Assembly (NCBI GenBank): GCA_963814585.1
Contig: CAWFDF010000004.1
Span: forward strand, 512,001 to 576,000
DNA from: an uncultured delta proteobacterium
Lineage (GTDB): Bacteria; Myxococcota; Myxococcia; Myxococcales; Anaeromyxobacteraceae
Reading direction: 5' to 3'
DNA length: 64,000 nucleotides
Position 1 is the first letter of the stretch, and each line of letters begins with the position of its first letter. This document shows, piece after piece, positions 25,020-35,331 of the stretch. A program made the translations under genes and the position numbers. The notes below the pieces were generated by a model. That model was not told the DNA's origin. It ran no database searches and was given only the letters and a program-made list of their open reading frames with translations.

Positions 25020-27443
25020 ATGAGCTGGAACGTGCTGCTGATCGAGGCCGACGTCATCGTCGCCGAGGAGATCCGTGCCGCCTTCTCGCCGGCCGGCTTC
25101 GTGGTCGCCGCGGCGGAGGCCGGCGACCTGGCGCTGGAGCGGACGCGCACCGCGCCACCGGATCTCATCCTGCTCTCGGCCGAGCTGCCCGACATGAGCG
25201 GCTTCTCGGTGTGCAACCGGCTCAAGCGGGCGCTGCCGTCGACGCCCCTGATCCTCTACACGCGCGAGGCGACCGACGGCGCCATCGAGGCCCACCGCGT
25301 CTCCAAGGGGCGCGCCGACGCCTACCTGCGCGCCCCGCTCGACATGGCCGACCTGCTCGGCCACGCCGCGCAGCTCCTGCACGCAGAGCCCGAGGCCTCC
25401 CCGCCGCCCCGGAGCGCGCCACCGCCGATGGCCTCGCCGCCTCACGCCCCGCGCCCGCCCGCCGCCGGGGCCGCGGCCCCACCCCGGCCGCAGGCGCCGC
25501 CGCCGCGCCCCACCGTCGCCGTCCCCGCCCAGCCGGCGCCACCCACCCGGCTCAAGACCGCCGGCCCGCGCGCCGACCAGCTGCTGGCGGAGTGGCCGCG
25601 CGACCCCGCGCCGCCCAAGGGCACGCCGGAGGAGAAGCTCGAGTACTTCCGCGAGCGGCTGCGCGCCCGCGACGCCTACATGCCGAGGCTGCGCGACGCC
25701 ATCGGCGAGCTGAAGGCCGAGGCCGCCCAGGTCATCGCCGATGGCGATGAGCTGCGCGCCACCGTCGCCGCGACCCGGAGCCAGGTGCTCACGCTGGAAG
25801 GCCGGCTCGGCGAGGCGGCGCAGGAGCTGGCGGCCGCCGCGGCGCAGCGAGCCGAGCTGGAGCGGCGCCTCGGCGAGGTGGACGCCACGCGCCAGTCGCT
25901 CTCGGAGGTGCTCTCCGAGACCATGCAGGAGCACGAGCGGGCCGAGCAGGAGTGGTCCAGCCGGGTGGCGGCCGCCGACGCAGCGCGGGCCGAGGTGGAG
26001 CAGGCCTTCGCCGAGGCCCAGGCGGCCCACGTCAAGGAGCTGCAGGCCATCGCCGCCGACCGGGCCGACGAGCGGGCGGCCATCGAGGAGGCGCGGGTCC
26101 AGGCCGAGGCCGACCACGCCCAGGCGCTGGCCCAGCTCGATGCCGAGCGCATGGCCGATGGAGAGGCCGCGCGGACCGCCGCCGAGGCGGCCTCGGCCCA
26201 GCTCGTCGAGCTGGCCGCCGAGCGGGACGAGCTGGAGCGGACCCTCTCCACCACCACGGCCAGGCTGGCCGAGGTGGAGGAGGCGGCCGCGGAGGCGGCC
26301 CGCCTGGCGGCCGATGGCCAGGCCTCGCTGGAGAGCCGGCTCACCGAGACCGAAGGCCGGGCGTCGCTCGCCGCCGGCGAGCTGGCCGAGGCGTCGGCGC
26401 GGGCCGAGGCGCTGGAGCAGCGGCTGCAGCAGGTCGAGGCGTCCCGCGCCGAGCTGGACGCAGCGCTCCGGCAGGCCCGGTCCGAGGTGGCGGAGGTGCT
26501 GGCGAGGGCCGGCGACGCCGAGCAGTCGCTGGCGGCGCGCCAGGCGGAGCTGGCGGCCGAGCGAGCCCGCGTCGCCGAGCAGGCCAGCGCCCTCGAGGCG
26601 GGGCGGTCCACCGCGGAGGGCGTGCGGGGCGAGCTGGCGCGTGCCGAGGCCGGCCGGGCCGAGGCCTCCGGGCGTGCCGCCGAGGCCGAGGCCGAGAGGC
26701 AGCGGCTGGCGGGCGACCTGGATGCGGCCCGGGCCGGCGAGGTCGAGGCGCGCGATCGGGTGGCGCGCCTGGAGCTGGAGGTGGCGCGGCTGGCGCCGCT
26801 CGAGGCGGTGGCGGCCGAGGCGGTCCGGCTGCGCAAGGAGCTGCCCGGGCTGAAGGAGCTGGTGACCCAGCGGACCCAGGCGGCCGAGGCCTCGTCGCGC
26901 GCGGCGCAGGCGGCGGCCAGCGAGCGGGCCAGGCTGGCCGAGCGGCTCTCCATCGAGTCCGGGCAGCTGCAGGCCGACGTCCACCGGCTCGAGGCGGAGC
27001 TGGCCCAGGCGCAGCGCAAGCAGGGCGAGGCCGAGCAGGCGGCGGCCCAGGCCCAGGCCGACCTGCTGCGCGAGCGGCAAGGGGCGGAGCAGGCGCGAGG
27101 CACGCTCCGCGAGGGCGTCACGCAGGCGGAGCAGCGCCACGCCACCGACCTGCAGCGGCTCAAGGCGACCGCCGCCGAGCTGGAGCGGCACCTCGAGGGG
27201 CGGGCCCGCGTCGAGCACCAGCTGAAGCGGCGCATCGGCGAGCTGGAGGCGGCGGCCAGGACGGCCGCCGTGGCGCCCGCGCCCGCCGTGGATGGCGTGG
27301 CCCTGGCCTCGCTGCAGGCGCGCCTGGCCGAGGTGGAGGGCGAGCTCTCCGACCTGCGCGAGGAGAACGACTTCCTGAACGGCGAGGTGGCCCGCTACAC
27401 GCAGAAGAACCGGGACCTGAGCGCCAGGCTGGCGGGGAAGTAG
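25020..27443 (+). CDS. AglZ/FrzS-like pseudo-receiver + long coiled-coil protein
   Basis: Receiver fold with PDLILLSAELPDMSGFSVC (Ser at the phospho-Asp position), Pro-rich linker, ~600-aa Ala/Glu coiled coil. Confidence 0.8.
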   Translation: MSWNVLLIEADVIVAEEIRAAFSPAGFVVAAAEAGDLALERTRTAPPDLILLSAELPDMSGFSVCNRLKRALPSTPLILYTREATDGAIEAHRVSKGRADAYLRAPLDMADLLGHAAQLLHAEPEASPPPRSAPPPMASPPHAPRPPAAGAAAPPRPQAPPPRPTVAVPAQPAPPTRLKTAGPRADQLLAEWPRDPAPPKGTPEEKLEYFRERLRARDAYMPRLRDAIGELKAEAAQVIADGDELRATVAATRSQVLTLEGRLGEAAQELAAAAAQRAELERRLGEVDATRQSLSEVLSETMQEHERAEQEWSSRVAAADAARAEVEQAFAEAQAAHVKELQAIAADRADERAAIEEARVQAEADHAQALAQLDAERMADGEAARTAAEAASAQLVELAAERDELERTLSTTTARLAEVEEAAAEAARLAADGQASLESRLTETEGRASLAAGELAEASARAEALEQRLQQVEASRAELDAALRQARSEVAEVLARAGDAEQSLAARQAELAAERARVAEQASALEAGRSTAEGVRGELARAEAGRAEASGRAAEAEAERQRLAGDLDAARAGEVEARDRVARLELEVARLAPLEAVAAEAVRLRKELPGLKELVTQRTQAAEASSRAAQAAASERARLAERLSIESGQLQADVHRLEAELAQAQRKQGEAEQAAAQAQADLLRERQGAEQARGTLREGVTQAEQRHATDLQRLKATAAELERHLEGRARVEHQLKRRIGELEAAARTAAVAPAPAVDGVALASLQARLAEVEGELSDLREENDFLNGEVARYTQKNRDLSARLAGK

Positions 27444-27456
27444 GCCCGCGACGCCA

Positions 27457-28290
27457 TCACGCCGCGACGGCCGGGAGCGCCTTCCGGTAGCGGTTGAGGT
27501 CGCGCACCGTCTCGAACGGCTGCCCGAGGAGGATGGAGAGGTTCCGCAGGATGGCGCCCACCACCCGCTGCTCGCACCCGGCGTCGAAGTGGAGCTGGGT
27601 GTCGAGCCAGCGCTCCAGCCAGCCCGGATCGGGCAGCCGGCTCTGGATGGTGTCGTTGGGGAAGAGCGACCTGGCCACGTGCAGGTTGGTGGGGTGGAGC
27701 GGCCTGCCGCTCCGGCCGCTGCTGGCCATGAGGAAGCCCATCTTGGAGAAGGCGCGGCGCGCCTCGGCGGGGGTCCGCGAGAGGGCCTGCTGCATGTACT
27801 TGAGGTAGGCGCCGCCGTGCCGGGCCTCGTCCCTGGAGATGAGGTCGTAGAGGTGGCGCAGCACCGGCTCCTGGTGCCACTCGGCGGCGCGCCGGTACCA
27901 CTGCGTCAGCCGCACCTCGCCGCAGAAGTGGAGCATGAGCGTCTCCAGCGGCGGGGCCGGGTCGGCCGGGAAGCGGACCGCGTGAAGCTCCGCCTCGGTG
28001 GGCACGAGCGCCGGGCGGAATCGACGCAGGTACTCCATGAGGGCCAGCGAGTGCTTCTGCTCCTCGTAGAACCAGACCGAGATGAAGGCCGAGAAGTCGC
28101 TGTCGTCCTGGTTGTCCCGCAGGAACATCTCGGTGGCCGGCAGCGCTGCCCACTCGGTGATGGCGTTCATGCGGACCGTCAGGGCCTGCTCGTCGGAGAG
28201 CAGCTTCCCGTCGAAGCGGTCCCACGGCACGTCGTCGGCCAGGCTCCAGCGGGCGGCCTCCAGGGACGCGAAGAGCTCGGGGTACAGCAT
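27457..28290 (-). CDS. Ferritin-like diiron-carboxylate protein
   Basis: TE...EEQKH and GE...DEARH paired ExxH motifs. GGAGG RBS. Confidence 0.8.
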   Translation of the reverse strand: MLYPELFASLEAARWSLADDVPWDRFDGKLLSDEQALTVRMNAITEWAALPATEMFLRDNQDDSDFSAFISVWFYEEQKHSLALMEYLRRFRPALVPTEAELHAVRFPADPAPPLETLMLHFCGEVRLTQWYRRAAEWHQEPVLRHLYDLISRDEARHGGAYLKYMQQALSRTPAEARRAFSKMGFLMASSGRSGRPLHPTNLHVARSLFPNDTIQSRLPDPGWLERWLDTQLHFDAGCEQRVVGAILRNLSILLGQPFETVRDLNRYRKALPAVAA

Positions 28291-28566
28291 GCGGCACCTC
28301 CCAGGTACGTGGTGGTCCTTCTTGCCGCCGGCGTGTCTCCGGCGTGTCACGGCGGCCGGCGGCGCCCCGGCCGGGCGGAAACGTCCGCTCCCTCCGAAGC
28401 GCGGCGAGCGGGCCCGGTGGACGGGGCGGTGCGCTGCCTCTCCGGCCTGGACGACCCCAGCACGCACCGGCCGGGCCTGGCCCCACGGGGAACGTCTCGT
28501 CGCTCCGGGGAGGCCGGCATGGGAAGATGCGTTGCTTCGACCGCCAGCAGTCGCGAGGAGACCGCC

Positions 28567-29193
28567 ATGAGGCTCGCCATCCTGTCCACTCCGGCCCTGG
28601 TCCTGGCGCTCCTCGTGGCCCCTTCGGTGGCGTGGTCCCGGGACCCGCCTCCTCCGCCCGGGACGCCGGCCGCGTCCCCCGCCGCGACCTACCCCTGGAG
28701 CGTGTCGCTCGGGACCGGGGCCGGCGGCTACGTCGAGTTCGTCGACGCCTTCTCCAACGGAGGCCCCGCCGGCTACGACTCGTCGCAGCGGGAGGGCCGG
28801 CTCCAGGTCAACGCCCGGGCCGACCGCCAGCTCGACCGCCGCTTCCGCGTCGGCGTCGCCTGGACCTGGAACCGCTGGACCGACGCCTACTACTCCGGCA
28901 CGACCCGGGTCGGCACCATCGACAACTCGGTCCACTCGCTGATGGCCGACGTCACGCTCCGCTGGTACCGCGGCGAGCACGTGGAGCTCTACAGCGCGCT
29001 GGCCGCCGGGGCCGGCCGCTGGAGCCAGGCCGGCGACGGGATCGGGGCCTCCCAGGACGGCGTCCAGTCCGGGTTCGCCTTCCAGCTCCGCTACTTCGGG
29101 ATCAGCGCCGGGACCGATCGGGTCCGGGCCTTCGTCGACCTCGGCATCGGCATGGAGGGGCTGGTGGTCGGCGGCGTGACGCTGCGGTTCTGA
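28567..29193 (+). CDS. Small outer-membrane beta-barrel-like secreted protein
   Basis: Signal peptide, alternating beta-strand pattern, terminal ...GGVTLRF. Confidence 0.7.
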   Translation: MRLAILSTPALVLALLVAPSVAWSRDPPPPPGTPAASPAATYPWSVSLGTGAGGYVEFVDAFSNGGPAGYDSSQREGRLQVNARADRQLDRRFRVGVAWTWNRWTDAYYSGTTRVGTIDNSVHSLMADVTLRWYRGEHVELYSALAAGAGRWSQAGDGIGASQDGVQSGFAFQLRYFGISAGTDRVRAFVDLGIGMEGLVVGGVTLRF

Positions 29194-29297
29194 GCCGCCG
29201 GCAAGGCTCCCCAGGGAAGGGCGACCGGGAGCGGGGTCACGGATGGAGCGTGACCGATCGCCTCCAGGGGCGGACTTCCCGTGCCAGACTCCCTAAC

Positions 29298-30239
29298 ATG
29301 TCCATCATGCGCCGCCCCCAGCCCACCTCCCGGCCCGCTCCCGGTGGATTCCCCGCGCTGGCCTCCCTCGTCGCGGCCGCCACGCTGGTCCTGCCAGCCG
29401 CCGCCGCCGCGGCCCCGGGCGCGCTCCTCGAGGTCTACTTCGGCCCGAGCGAGACCAGCTGGCTCGCGGTCGACGGACTGAGCGTGCTGCTGGACGGGCA
29501 GGAGATCCCGATGCTCCGGCCGGAACCGGACGACCCGCCGGGCAAGCCGCTCTTCTCCGGTCCGATCGGGCCCGGCCCGCACCGGCTGGAGATGACGGCC
29601 TCGCTGCGCGGGGACTCCGACCTCTTCACCTACGTGGACGAGTACCGGTTCATCATGCGAGGCCGCCTCGACCTCGCCGCGCCGGCCGGGCACGTGGTCG
29701 GTGTCCACGGCCGCGTCCAGGCCAGCTCGGGAGCCACCATCAGGTGGGTCGACCGGTACAGGCTGGCGCTGGCCACCGCCTCCTATCCATCCGACCGCGC
29801 CGCCGCGCTGGAGGCCGTCGCCTCGCCGCCGCCGCCCGCCCTCCCCGCCCCGGCGCCGGTGGAAACCGGCCAGGCCAGCGGGACCTCGGCCCCGCCGCCG
29901 GCCGCCGCCTGCGTGCTGGGCACCGTCCGCTTCGGCTTCGACAGGTCGGCGCTCACGCCGGCCGCCCGCCAGGCCGTCGATCGCTTCGCCGCGTGTCTCG
30001 CCGCCGGCTCCGGCACCATCGAGCTCGCCGGCCACTGCGACGTCCGCGGCAGCGACGCCTACAACCAGGCGCTGGGCCAGCGGCGCGCCGACGCGGTGGC
30101 GAGCCGCCTGGAGGCCGGCGGCGTGGCGGCGGGCCGGGTCTCGACCCGCTCCTTCGGCGAGTCGCGCCCGGTCTGCCGCGAGGCCGCCGAGGCCTGCCAC
30201 GCCCGCAATCGGCGGGTCGAGGCCGTGGTCGGGGAGTGA
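29298..30239 (+). CDS. OmpA/Pal-like peptidoglycan-binding domain protein
   Basis: C-terminal FGFDRSAL...GHCDVRGSDAYNQALGQRRA...SFGESRP...NRRVE. Start codon uncertain. Confidence 0.85.
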   Translation: MSIMRRPQPTSRPAPGGFPALASLVAAATLVLPAAAAAAPGALLEVYFGPSETSWLAVDGLSVLLDGQEIPMLRPEPDDPPGKPLFSGPIGPGPHRLEMTASLRGDSDLFTYVDEYRFIMRGRLDLAAPAGHVVGVHGRVQASSGATIRWVDRYRLALATASYPSDRAAALEAVASPPPPALPAPAPVETGQASGTSAPPPAAACVLGTVRFGFDRSALTPAARQAVDRFAACLAAGSGTIELAGHCDVRGSDAYNQALGQRRADAVASRLEAGGVAAGRVSTRSFGESRPVCREAAEACHARNRRVEAVVGE

Positions 30240-30315
30240 AGACGACGCGGGGCCTGACCGGCCTGGCTTCGAGATGACGGTCGCCATCGAGCCCGCGGCA
30301 GCCTGGGCTCGACGC

Positions 30316-30347
30316 CGATCGCTCGGCCACGGAGGGCCGAGCGATCG
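30316..30347. terminator. Perfect 13-bp hairpin between convergent genes
   Basis: CGATCGCTCGGCC-ACGGAG-GGCCGAGCGATCG; a second hairpin lies at ~30287-30312. Confidence 0.7.
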
Positions 30348-30367
30348 ACGGCCCCGGGAATGCACCT

Positions 30368-31722
30368 CTAGCGGTAGCGCCCGGCCACGCCGTCGGGCGT
30401 TCCGCTCGACGTCCTCCCGCCGTGGATGTGGACGCTCCCGTCGGGGAGCTGGACCAGGGTGAGGCCCATCCTCCCCGACGCCAGGCGCCCGCCGCTGACC
30501 ACGAACTCCCCGGTCCCCGGCCTGTAGATCTCGATGGTGTCGAGGAGCGTGCCGTCGGGAGCCATTCCGCCGGCCACCAGCGCCTCGCCGCTCGCCAGCG
30601 GGACCGCCACGTGGAACGTCCGCCCCGCGTCGAGGGGACCCGTGGGGGTGAAGGTCCGGTCGGCGACGGAGTAGATCTCGGCCGACGGCGAGGCCAGCTC
30701 CATGGCCGTGTCACCTCCGGCCAGGAGTACGCGGCCGCCGGGGAGCGGGACCGCCACGTGCAGGACCCGGCCCACGACCATGTTGCCGATGGGGGTGAAG
30801 CTCTCCGTGGCCGGGTCGTACAGCTCGGCCGCCGGGACGACGACGCCCGTGAAGGCGTCCCGCCCCCCGGCGATGAGGATGGTGCCGTCGGGCAGGGTGG
30901 TGGCGGTGTGACCGGCGCGGGGGAAGGCCATGGGGCCACCGCTCGGGCGGCGCGGCGCGTTCCCTCCCGGATCGTAGATCTCCTCGGTGATCACCGACGC
31001 CGGCCTCCGGCCGAGGAAGTCGCCTCCGGCCACGAGGATCTCCCGCTCGGCAGCAGGGTGGCGCTGTGCTGGTAGCGGTCCTGGAGCATCGGGTTCTTGA
31101 GTTCCGACCACCCGCCGGTGACCGGATCGAAGGCGTGCACCAGCGCCGACTCCAGGGCGCCGATCGAGTCATGGCCCCCGGTGAGGAGCAGGCGACCCTT
31201 GCCGTCGAGGAGGGTGGTGGCCTCGGCGTGAGGGTTGTCGAGCGGCCCGGCCTGCGCGAACTCCCCGGTGGCCGGGTCCCAGACCTCGGTGCGCCCCTCC
31301 CACCCGCCGCCGTAGAACCCACCGGCCAGGACCACTCGGCCGTCGGGGAGCAGGCCGGCGCCGTGGTCGGTGCGTGGGAGGCCGCCCAGCACGGGATCGA
31401 GCCGGTGGCGGTAGGCGATGGCCAGGGGCAGCTCCGCCACAGCGCTGCGCGCGCCCTCGGTCACGCGAAGGACATAGGTGCCCGGCGACGTCCCCGGCTT
31501 CAGGGTGACGGGGCGCCCGCTCTCGACCGGGCCGACGTCCGGCTCGATCACGCCAGCGCCTCCCGTGAAGACCGGCACCAGGAGCACCGCCTCCCCGGGG
31601 TAGAGGACCGGCGGATCGGCGGTGAAGGACTGGATGGACGGGCCCGGAGCGGTGGGCAGCGGTGAGGCACTGCAGGCGGCGACGAGGAGCGCCATGGTCA
31701 GGGAAGCCGCGCGAGCTCGCAT
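30368..31722 (-). CDS. Kelch-repeat beta-propeller lipoprotein, one -1 indel at ~31043
   Basis: Lipobox LVAAC; repeated R..H.A..L.DGRVL.AGG...E.YDP units on both sides of the indel. Confidence 0.85.
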
Positions 31723-31781
31723 CGGCCGGCTTCTAGTGGCGCGCGCTCCCTGCCGCGACCCCCGGATGGGGACCAGGCCGG

Positions 31782-33140
31782 TCAGCCGGCCGACCCGGGT
31801 CCGAGCGGCTCCGGCACGGTAGTCCCCGGCGGCGGCGCGGCGGCGCGGCGGCGCGACAGCGCCCAGGCCAGGACGCCGATCACCGCCACGCCCCCCACCC
31901 ACAGGAGCGTCCGCGGCTGGTCGCCGAACCCCTTCCAGAACATCCAGGCCGAGGAGACCACGTAGACGACGGCCGCCACCACCGCCCGCTTCGACGGCGT
32001 GGGCGTGAGGCCGCGGACCCGCGCCACCACCAGGCCGAGGGTCACCAGCGCCGCGAACAGCACCAGGATGGCGCCCACCTGGCCGAGGGTCTCCCGCAGC
32101 CCCTGCGTGAAGATGATCGCCAGGGTGAGCGCGCCCTGCACCAGGACGGCGGCGCGCGGTGGGTGGCCCTCGGGGCTGGCGCGAAGGAACCCGGGCAGGA
32201 AGCCGTCGGCCGCCATGGCCGCGTAGACGCGCGGGCCCAGGAAGATCATGGCGCTCATGGCGGAGAGGAAGACCAGCACGGTGGCCGCCGACCAGGCGAC
32301 GCCGGCGGCCGGCCCGAGCAGCCGGGCCATGACGGCATGGCCGAGCGTGCCGTTCTCGCTGGTGACGGTGAAGAAGGCGGTGGCCGGGTCGAGGTTGGCC
32401 ACGAAGATCCAGTTGACCAGCAGGTAGAGGGCCGCCACCAGCAGCGTGCCGATGATCATGGACCGGGGCACGGTGCGGGAGGGGTTCTCGAACTCCTCGG
32501 CGGCGTAGATGGCGGCGTTCCAGCCGGAGAAGGCCAGCGCGATGTAGAAGAGCGAGCTCGCGAACGGGCCGAACGGGAAGCCCGGATCGGCGTGAGGCGG
32601 CGTCCAGGTGGGCCAGCTGCGGGATCCGAGCGCCAGGCCGACACCGACGAAGCCGGCCAGCAGGAGCGCCTTGACCAGGACCAGCAGGTTCTGCGTCCGG
32701 GCGCTGGCGCGGAAGCCCACCGCGTGGAAGCCGGTGAGCAACACCACCATGGCAGCGCCCGCCCAGGTGGGGTGGAGCCCGGGGAAGATGGTGCTGGCGA
32801 AGGCGCCGGCCGCCAGGGCGTCCATCGCCACCGGCGCCGAGAAGCCGACCAGGAGCGAGGCCCAGCCGCCCAGGTAGCCGACCGCCGGGTGGAGCAGCTC
32901 CGAGAGGTAGCGGTACTCCCCGCCGGAGCGGGGCACCAGCCGGGCCACCGCCCCGTAGGCGGCGGCGCCGCAGAGGGCGAGGATGGCGCCGGCCACCCAC
33001 GCCAGCAGGATGTGACCGGGGCCCATGTCCTGGGCCATGAAGCCGGCGGAGAGGAACACGCCGGCGCCGATCATGTTGGCGGCGACCATGCCGACGCCGG
33101 AGGCGAGGTGCAGCTTGGGCAGGGCGGAGGCGGTACGCAC
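31782..33140 (-). CDS. APC-family amino acid permease
   Basis: NMIGAGVF, PRSGGEYRYL, FSGWNAAIYAAEE, GPRVYAAMAADG, many TM helices. Start is either GTG 33140 or ATG 33155. Confidence 0.9.
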   Translation of the reverse strand: MRTASALPKLHLASGVGMVAANMIGAGVFLSAGFMAQDMGPGHILLAWVAGAILALCGAAAYGAVARLVPRSGGEYRYLSELLHPAVGYLGGWASLLVGFSAPVAMDALAAGAFASTIFPGLHPTWAGAAMVVLLTGFHAVGFRASARTQNLLVLVKALLLAGFVGVGLALGSRSWPTWTPPHADPGFPFGPFASSLFYIALAFSGWNAAIYAAEEFENPSRTVPRSMIIGTLLVAALYLLVNWIFVANLDPATAFFTVTSENGTLGHAVMARLLGPAAGVAWSAATVLVFLSAMSAMIFLGPRVYAAMAADGFLPGFLRASPEGHPPRAAVLVQGALTLAIIFTQGLRETLGQVGAILVLFAALVTLGLVVARVRGLTPTPSKRAVVAAVVYVVSSAWMFWKGFGDQPRTLLWVGGVAVIGVLAWALSRRRAAAPPPGTTVPEPLGPGSAG

Positions 33141-33162
33141 CGCGGCATGGTACATGAGCGCC

Positions 33163-34356
33163 ATGACCGCCGCGCTCCCAACTTTGGTCGTCCTGGCGCT
33201 CGCTGCCACCACCCCGGAAGCCTCCGCCGGCGCCCCCGCCGACTTCGTCGCCGAGGCCCGGGCGCTCATGCGCACCGTCACCTGCCAGGGCGACGGGGCG
33301 CTGCCCCAGGGCCTCGACGAGGCCACCGTGGCGGCCTACTGCATGAAGCAGCTCAAGGCGATCGCCGCCTACCGCGACCGCTACCTGCCGGTGGCCGGCC
33401 CCTTCCTCGCCAGGCTGCGCCCGGCCGGCACGCCCACCACCGTGGTCTACCCGTTCGGCGGCGGAGACCTGGTCTCCGCCCTCACCACCTATCCCGACGC
33501 CCGCGACCTGACCACGCTGTCGCTGGAGCATGCCGGCGATCCGCGCCGGCTCTCGGCCATCAAGGGCGCGGCGCAGCTGGCCGACTCGCTGGAGCTGATC
33601 CGCGCCACCTCGGCCGGCCTGCTCTACTCCTCCGACTCCAAGACCGAGAACCTGATGAAGGGGCAGCGCGGCGAGCTCCCCGGCCAGCTGTCGTTCTTCC
33701 TCACCGCGCTGGCGATCCACGGCTACCAGCCGGTCAGCCTCAGGTTCTTCCGCGTCGAGAGGGACGGCAGGCTCCACTACTTCTCCGCGGCCGAGATCGC
33801 CGCGCTGGAGGGGCAGGAGGCCAAGCTGCTGCGGGGGAAGTGGACCGAGCCCGACTTCTCCATGGCCTTCTCCAACTCCGAGCTCACCTTCGTGAGGAAG
33901 GGCGAGGATCCGTCCACCGCGGCCCGCGTCCACCGCCACATCGCCTGGGACCTGTCGGACGCGGCCGTGGCCAGGACCGGGATCATCGCCCACCTCGAGG
34001 CCAAGGGGACCGTCGCGGCCATGACCAAGGCTGCCTCCTACCTGCTCTGGCGCGACGACTTCTCCCGCGTCCGCAAGTACCTGCTCGGCCACATGACCCT
34101 GATGATCTCCGACTCCACCGGCATCCCCCCGCGCTGGGCGGGGCCCGCCGGCTTCGTGCAGGAGACCTACGGCTCCTTCGAGGTCTCGTTTCTCGAGGCC
34201 AGCGAGGACTTCAACAGGGAGTTCCGCGAGCTGTGGGCCTCGCAGCCCGCGCGCAAGCTGCCGTTCCGGTACGGCTACATCGACGGGCTCAAGGACGGCG
34301 ACAAGGCCATCGGCCGCAACCACCTGCTGGTGACGCGGAAGGCGGGCGGGAAGTAG
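33163..34356 (+). CDS. Secreted hypothetical protein
   Basis: Signal peptide-like N-terminus, strongly GC3-biased codons, motifs YPFGGGD, KAASYL, DSTGIP, LPFRYGY. Alternative ATG at 33154. Confidence 0.75.
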   Translation: MTAALPTLVVLALAATTPEASAGAPADFVAEARALMRTVTCQGDGALPQGLDEATVAAYCMKQLKAIAAYRDRYLPVAGPFLARLRPAGTPTTVVYPFGGGDLVSALTTYPDARDLTTLSLEHAGDPRRLSAIKGAAQLADSLELIRATSAGLLYSSDSKTENLMKGQRGELPGQLSFFLTALAIHGYQPVSLRFFRVERDGRLHYFSAAEIAALEGQEAKLLRGKWTEPDFSMAFSNSELTFVRKGEDPSTAARVHRHIAWDLSDAAVARTGIIAHLEAKGTVAAMTKAASYLLWRDDFSRVRKYLLGHMTLMISDSTGIPPRWAGPAGFVQETYGSFEVSFLEASEDFNREFRELWASQPARKLPFRYGYIDGLKDGDKAIGRNHLLVTRKAGGK

Positions 34357-34362
34357 GGCGCC

Positions 34363-35322
34363 ATGGGCCGGGCCGGAGCGCTGCCAATCGCGCTGGCCGT
34401 CCTCGCCAGCGCCTGTGCCGGCCCGCAGGGGCCGGTCCCCTCCTCGCCGGCCCCGGACGGCTCGGCGCCGGCCCCGTCTGCCGCACCGGCACCGGCACCG
34501 GCGACCCTGGTCCCCCCCGGGACCCAGGCCCAGCCCAGCGCCGATCCCTTCGCCCCGCCCGACCGGACGCAGGCGCCCTGGTCGCAGACGCCGGCGTCGC
34601 TGCTCGGCATCGGCGAGGTCGTGGCCGGGGAGGCGGCCGGCGGGGCCAGCTGGCGGATCGGGACCGCGCGCGGGACGGTCTGGGCCTGGCGGCCGGCCGG
34701 CTACCGGGCCCGCGACGCCGGCACCTGCGTCTACCTGCACGGCTACTTCACCACCGTCGACCAGGCGGTGCTCGACCACCGGCTGGCCGAGCAGTTCGCC
34801 GCCTCCGGCCGCAACGCCCTCTTCATCGCCGCCGAGGCGCCGGCCTGGAACGGCGAGGAGGGCGTCTGGCCCGACCTCGACGTGCTGCTGGCCGAGACCT
34901 TCCGGCGCAGCGGCCTGAGGCCGCCCCCGGGTCCGCTGGTGGTGGTGGGTCACTCCGGCGCCTTCCGGCCCATCCTCACCTGGCTCGACCACCCCCGGCT
35001 GGAGGAGGTGGTGCTGCTCGACGGGCTCTACCGCGGCGAGGCCCAGTTCAAGGGGTGGCTGCAGGCGAACGGGGCGCCGCGTCCGCGCCGGCTGGTGCTG
35101 GTCTCCGAGGAGACCCTCGCCGCCGCCGAGGCCCTGGTCGCCGCCATCCCCGGCGCCGTCTCGCTCCCAGAGGTGCCGGCGCCGGAGCGCGGGCTGGACG
35201 GCTCGACCCGCTCGGCGCGACTCCTTCACCTGAAGTCACAGCACTCGCACACGGCGATGGTCGAGGGCGGCGAGGTGCTGCCGCTGCTGCTGGGCGCCTC
35301 CCGCCTGCCGCCGCTGCGCTGA
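34363..35322 (+). CDS. Alpha/beta-hydrolase-fold lipoprotein
   Basis: Lipobox LASAC, YLHG, GHSGA nucleophile elbow, LLDGLY, late His. Confidence 0.72.
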   Translation: MGRAGALPIALAVLASACAGPQGPVPSSPAPDGSAPAPSAAPAPAPATLVPPGTQAQPSADPFAPPDRTQAPWSQTPASLLGIGEVVAGEAAGGASWRIGTARGTVWAWRPAGYRARDAGTCVYLHGYFTTVDQAVLDHRLAEQFAASGRNALFIAAEAPAWNGEEGVWPDLDVLLAETFRRSGLRPPPGPLVVVGHSGAFRPILTWLDHPRLEEVVLLDGLYRGEAQFKGWLQANGAPRPRRLVLVSEETLAAAEALVAAIPGAVSLPEVPAPERGLDGSTRSARLLHLKSQHSHTAMVEGGEVLPLLLGASRLPPLR

Positions 35323-35331
35323 CCGGCCCCG

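Noticed and set aside
24009..27218. N-terminal 1070 aa of the 1312-aa ORF ending in RsmE
   Set aside because: Antisense to the coiled-coil gene and overlapping prmA; the real rsmE starts at GTG 24008.
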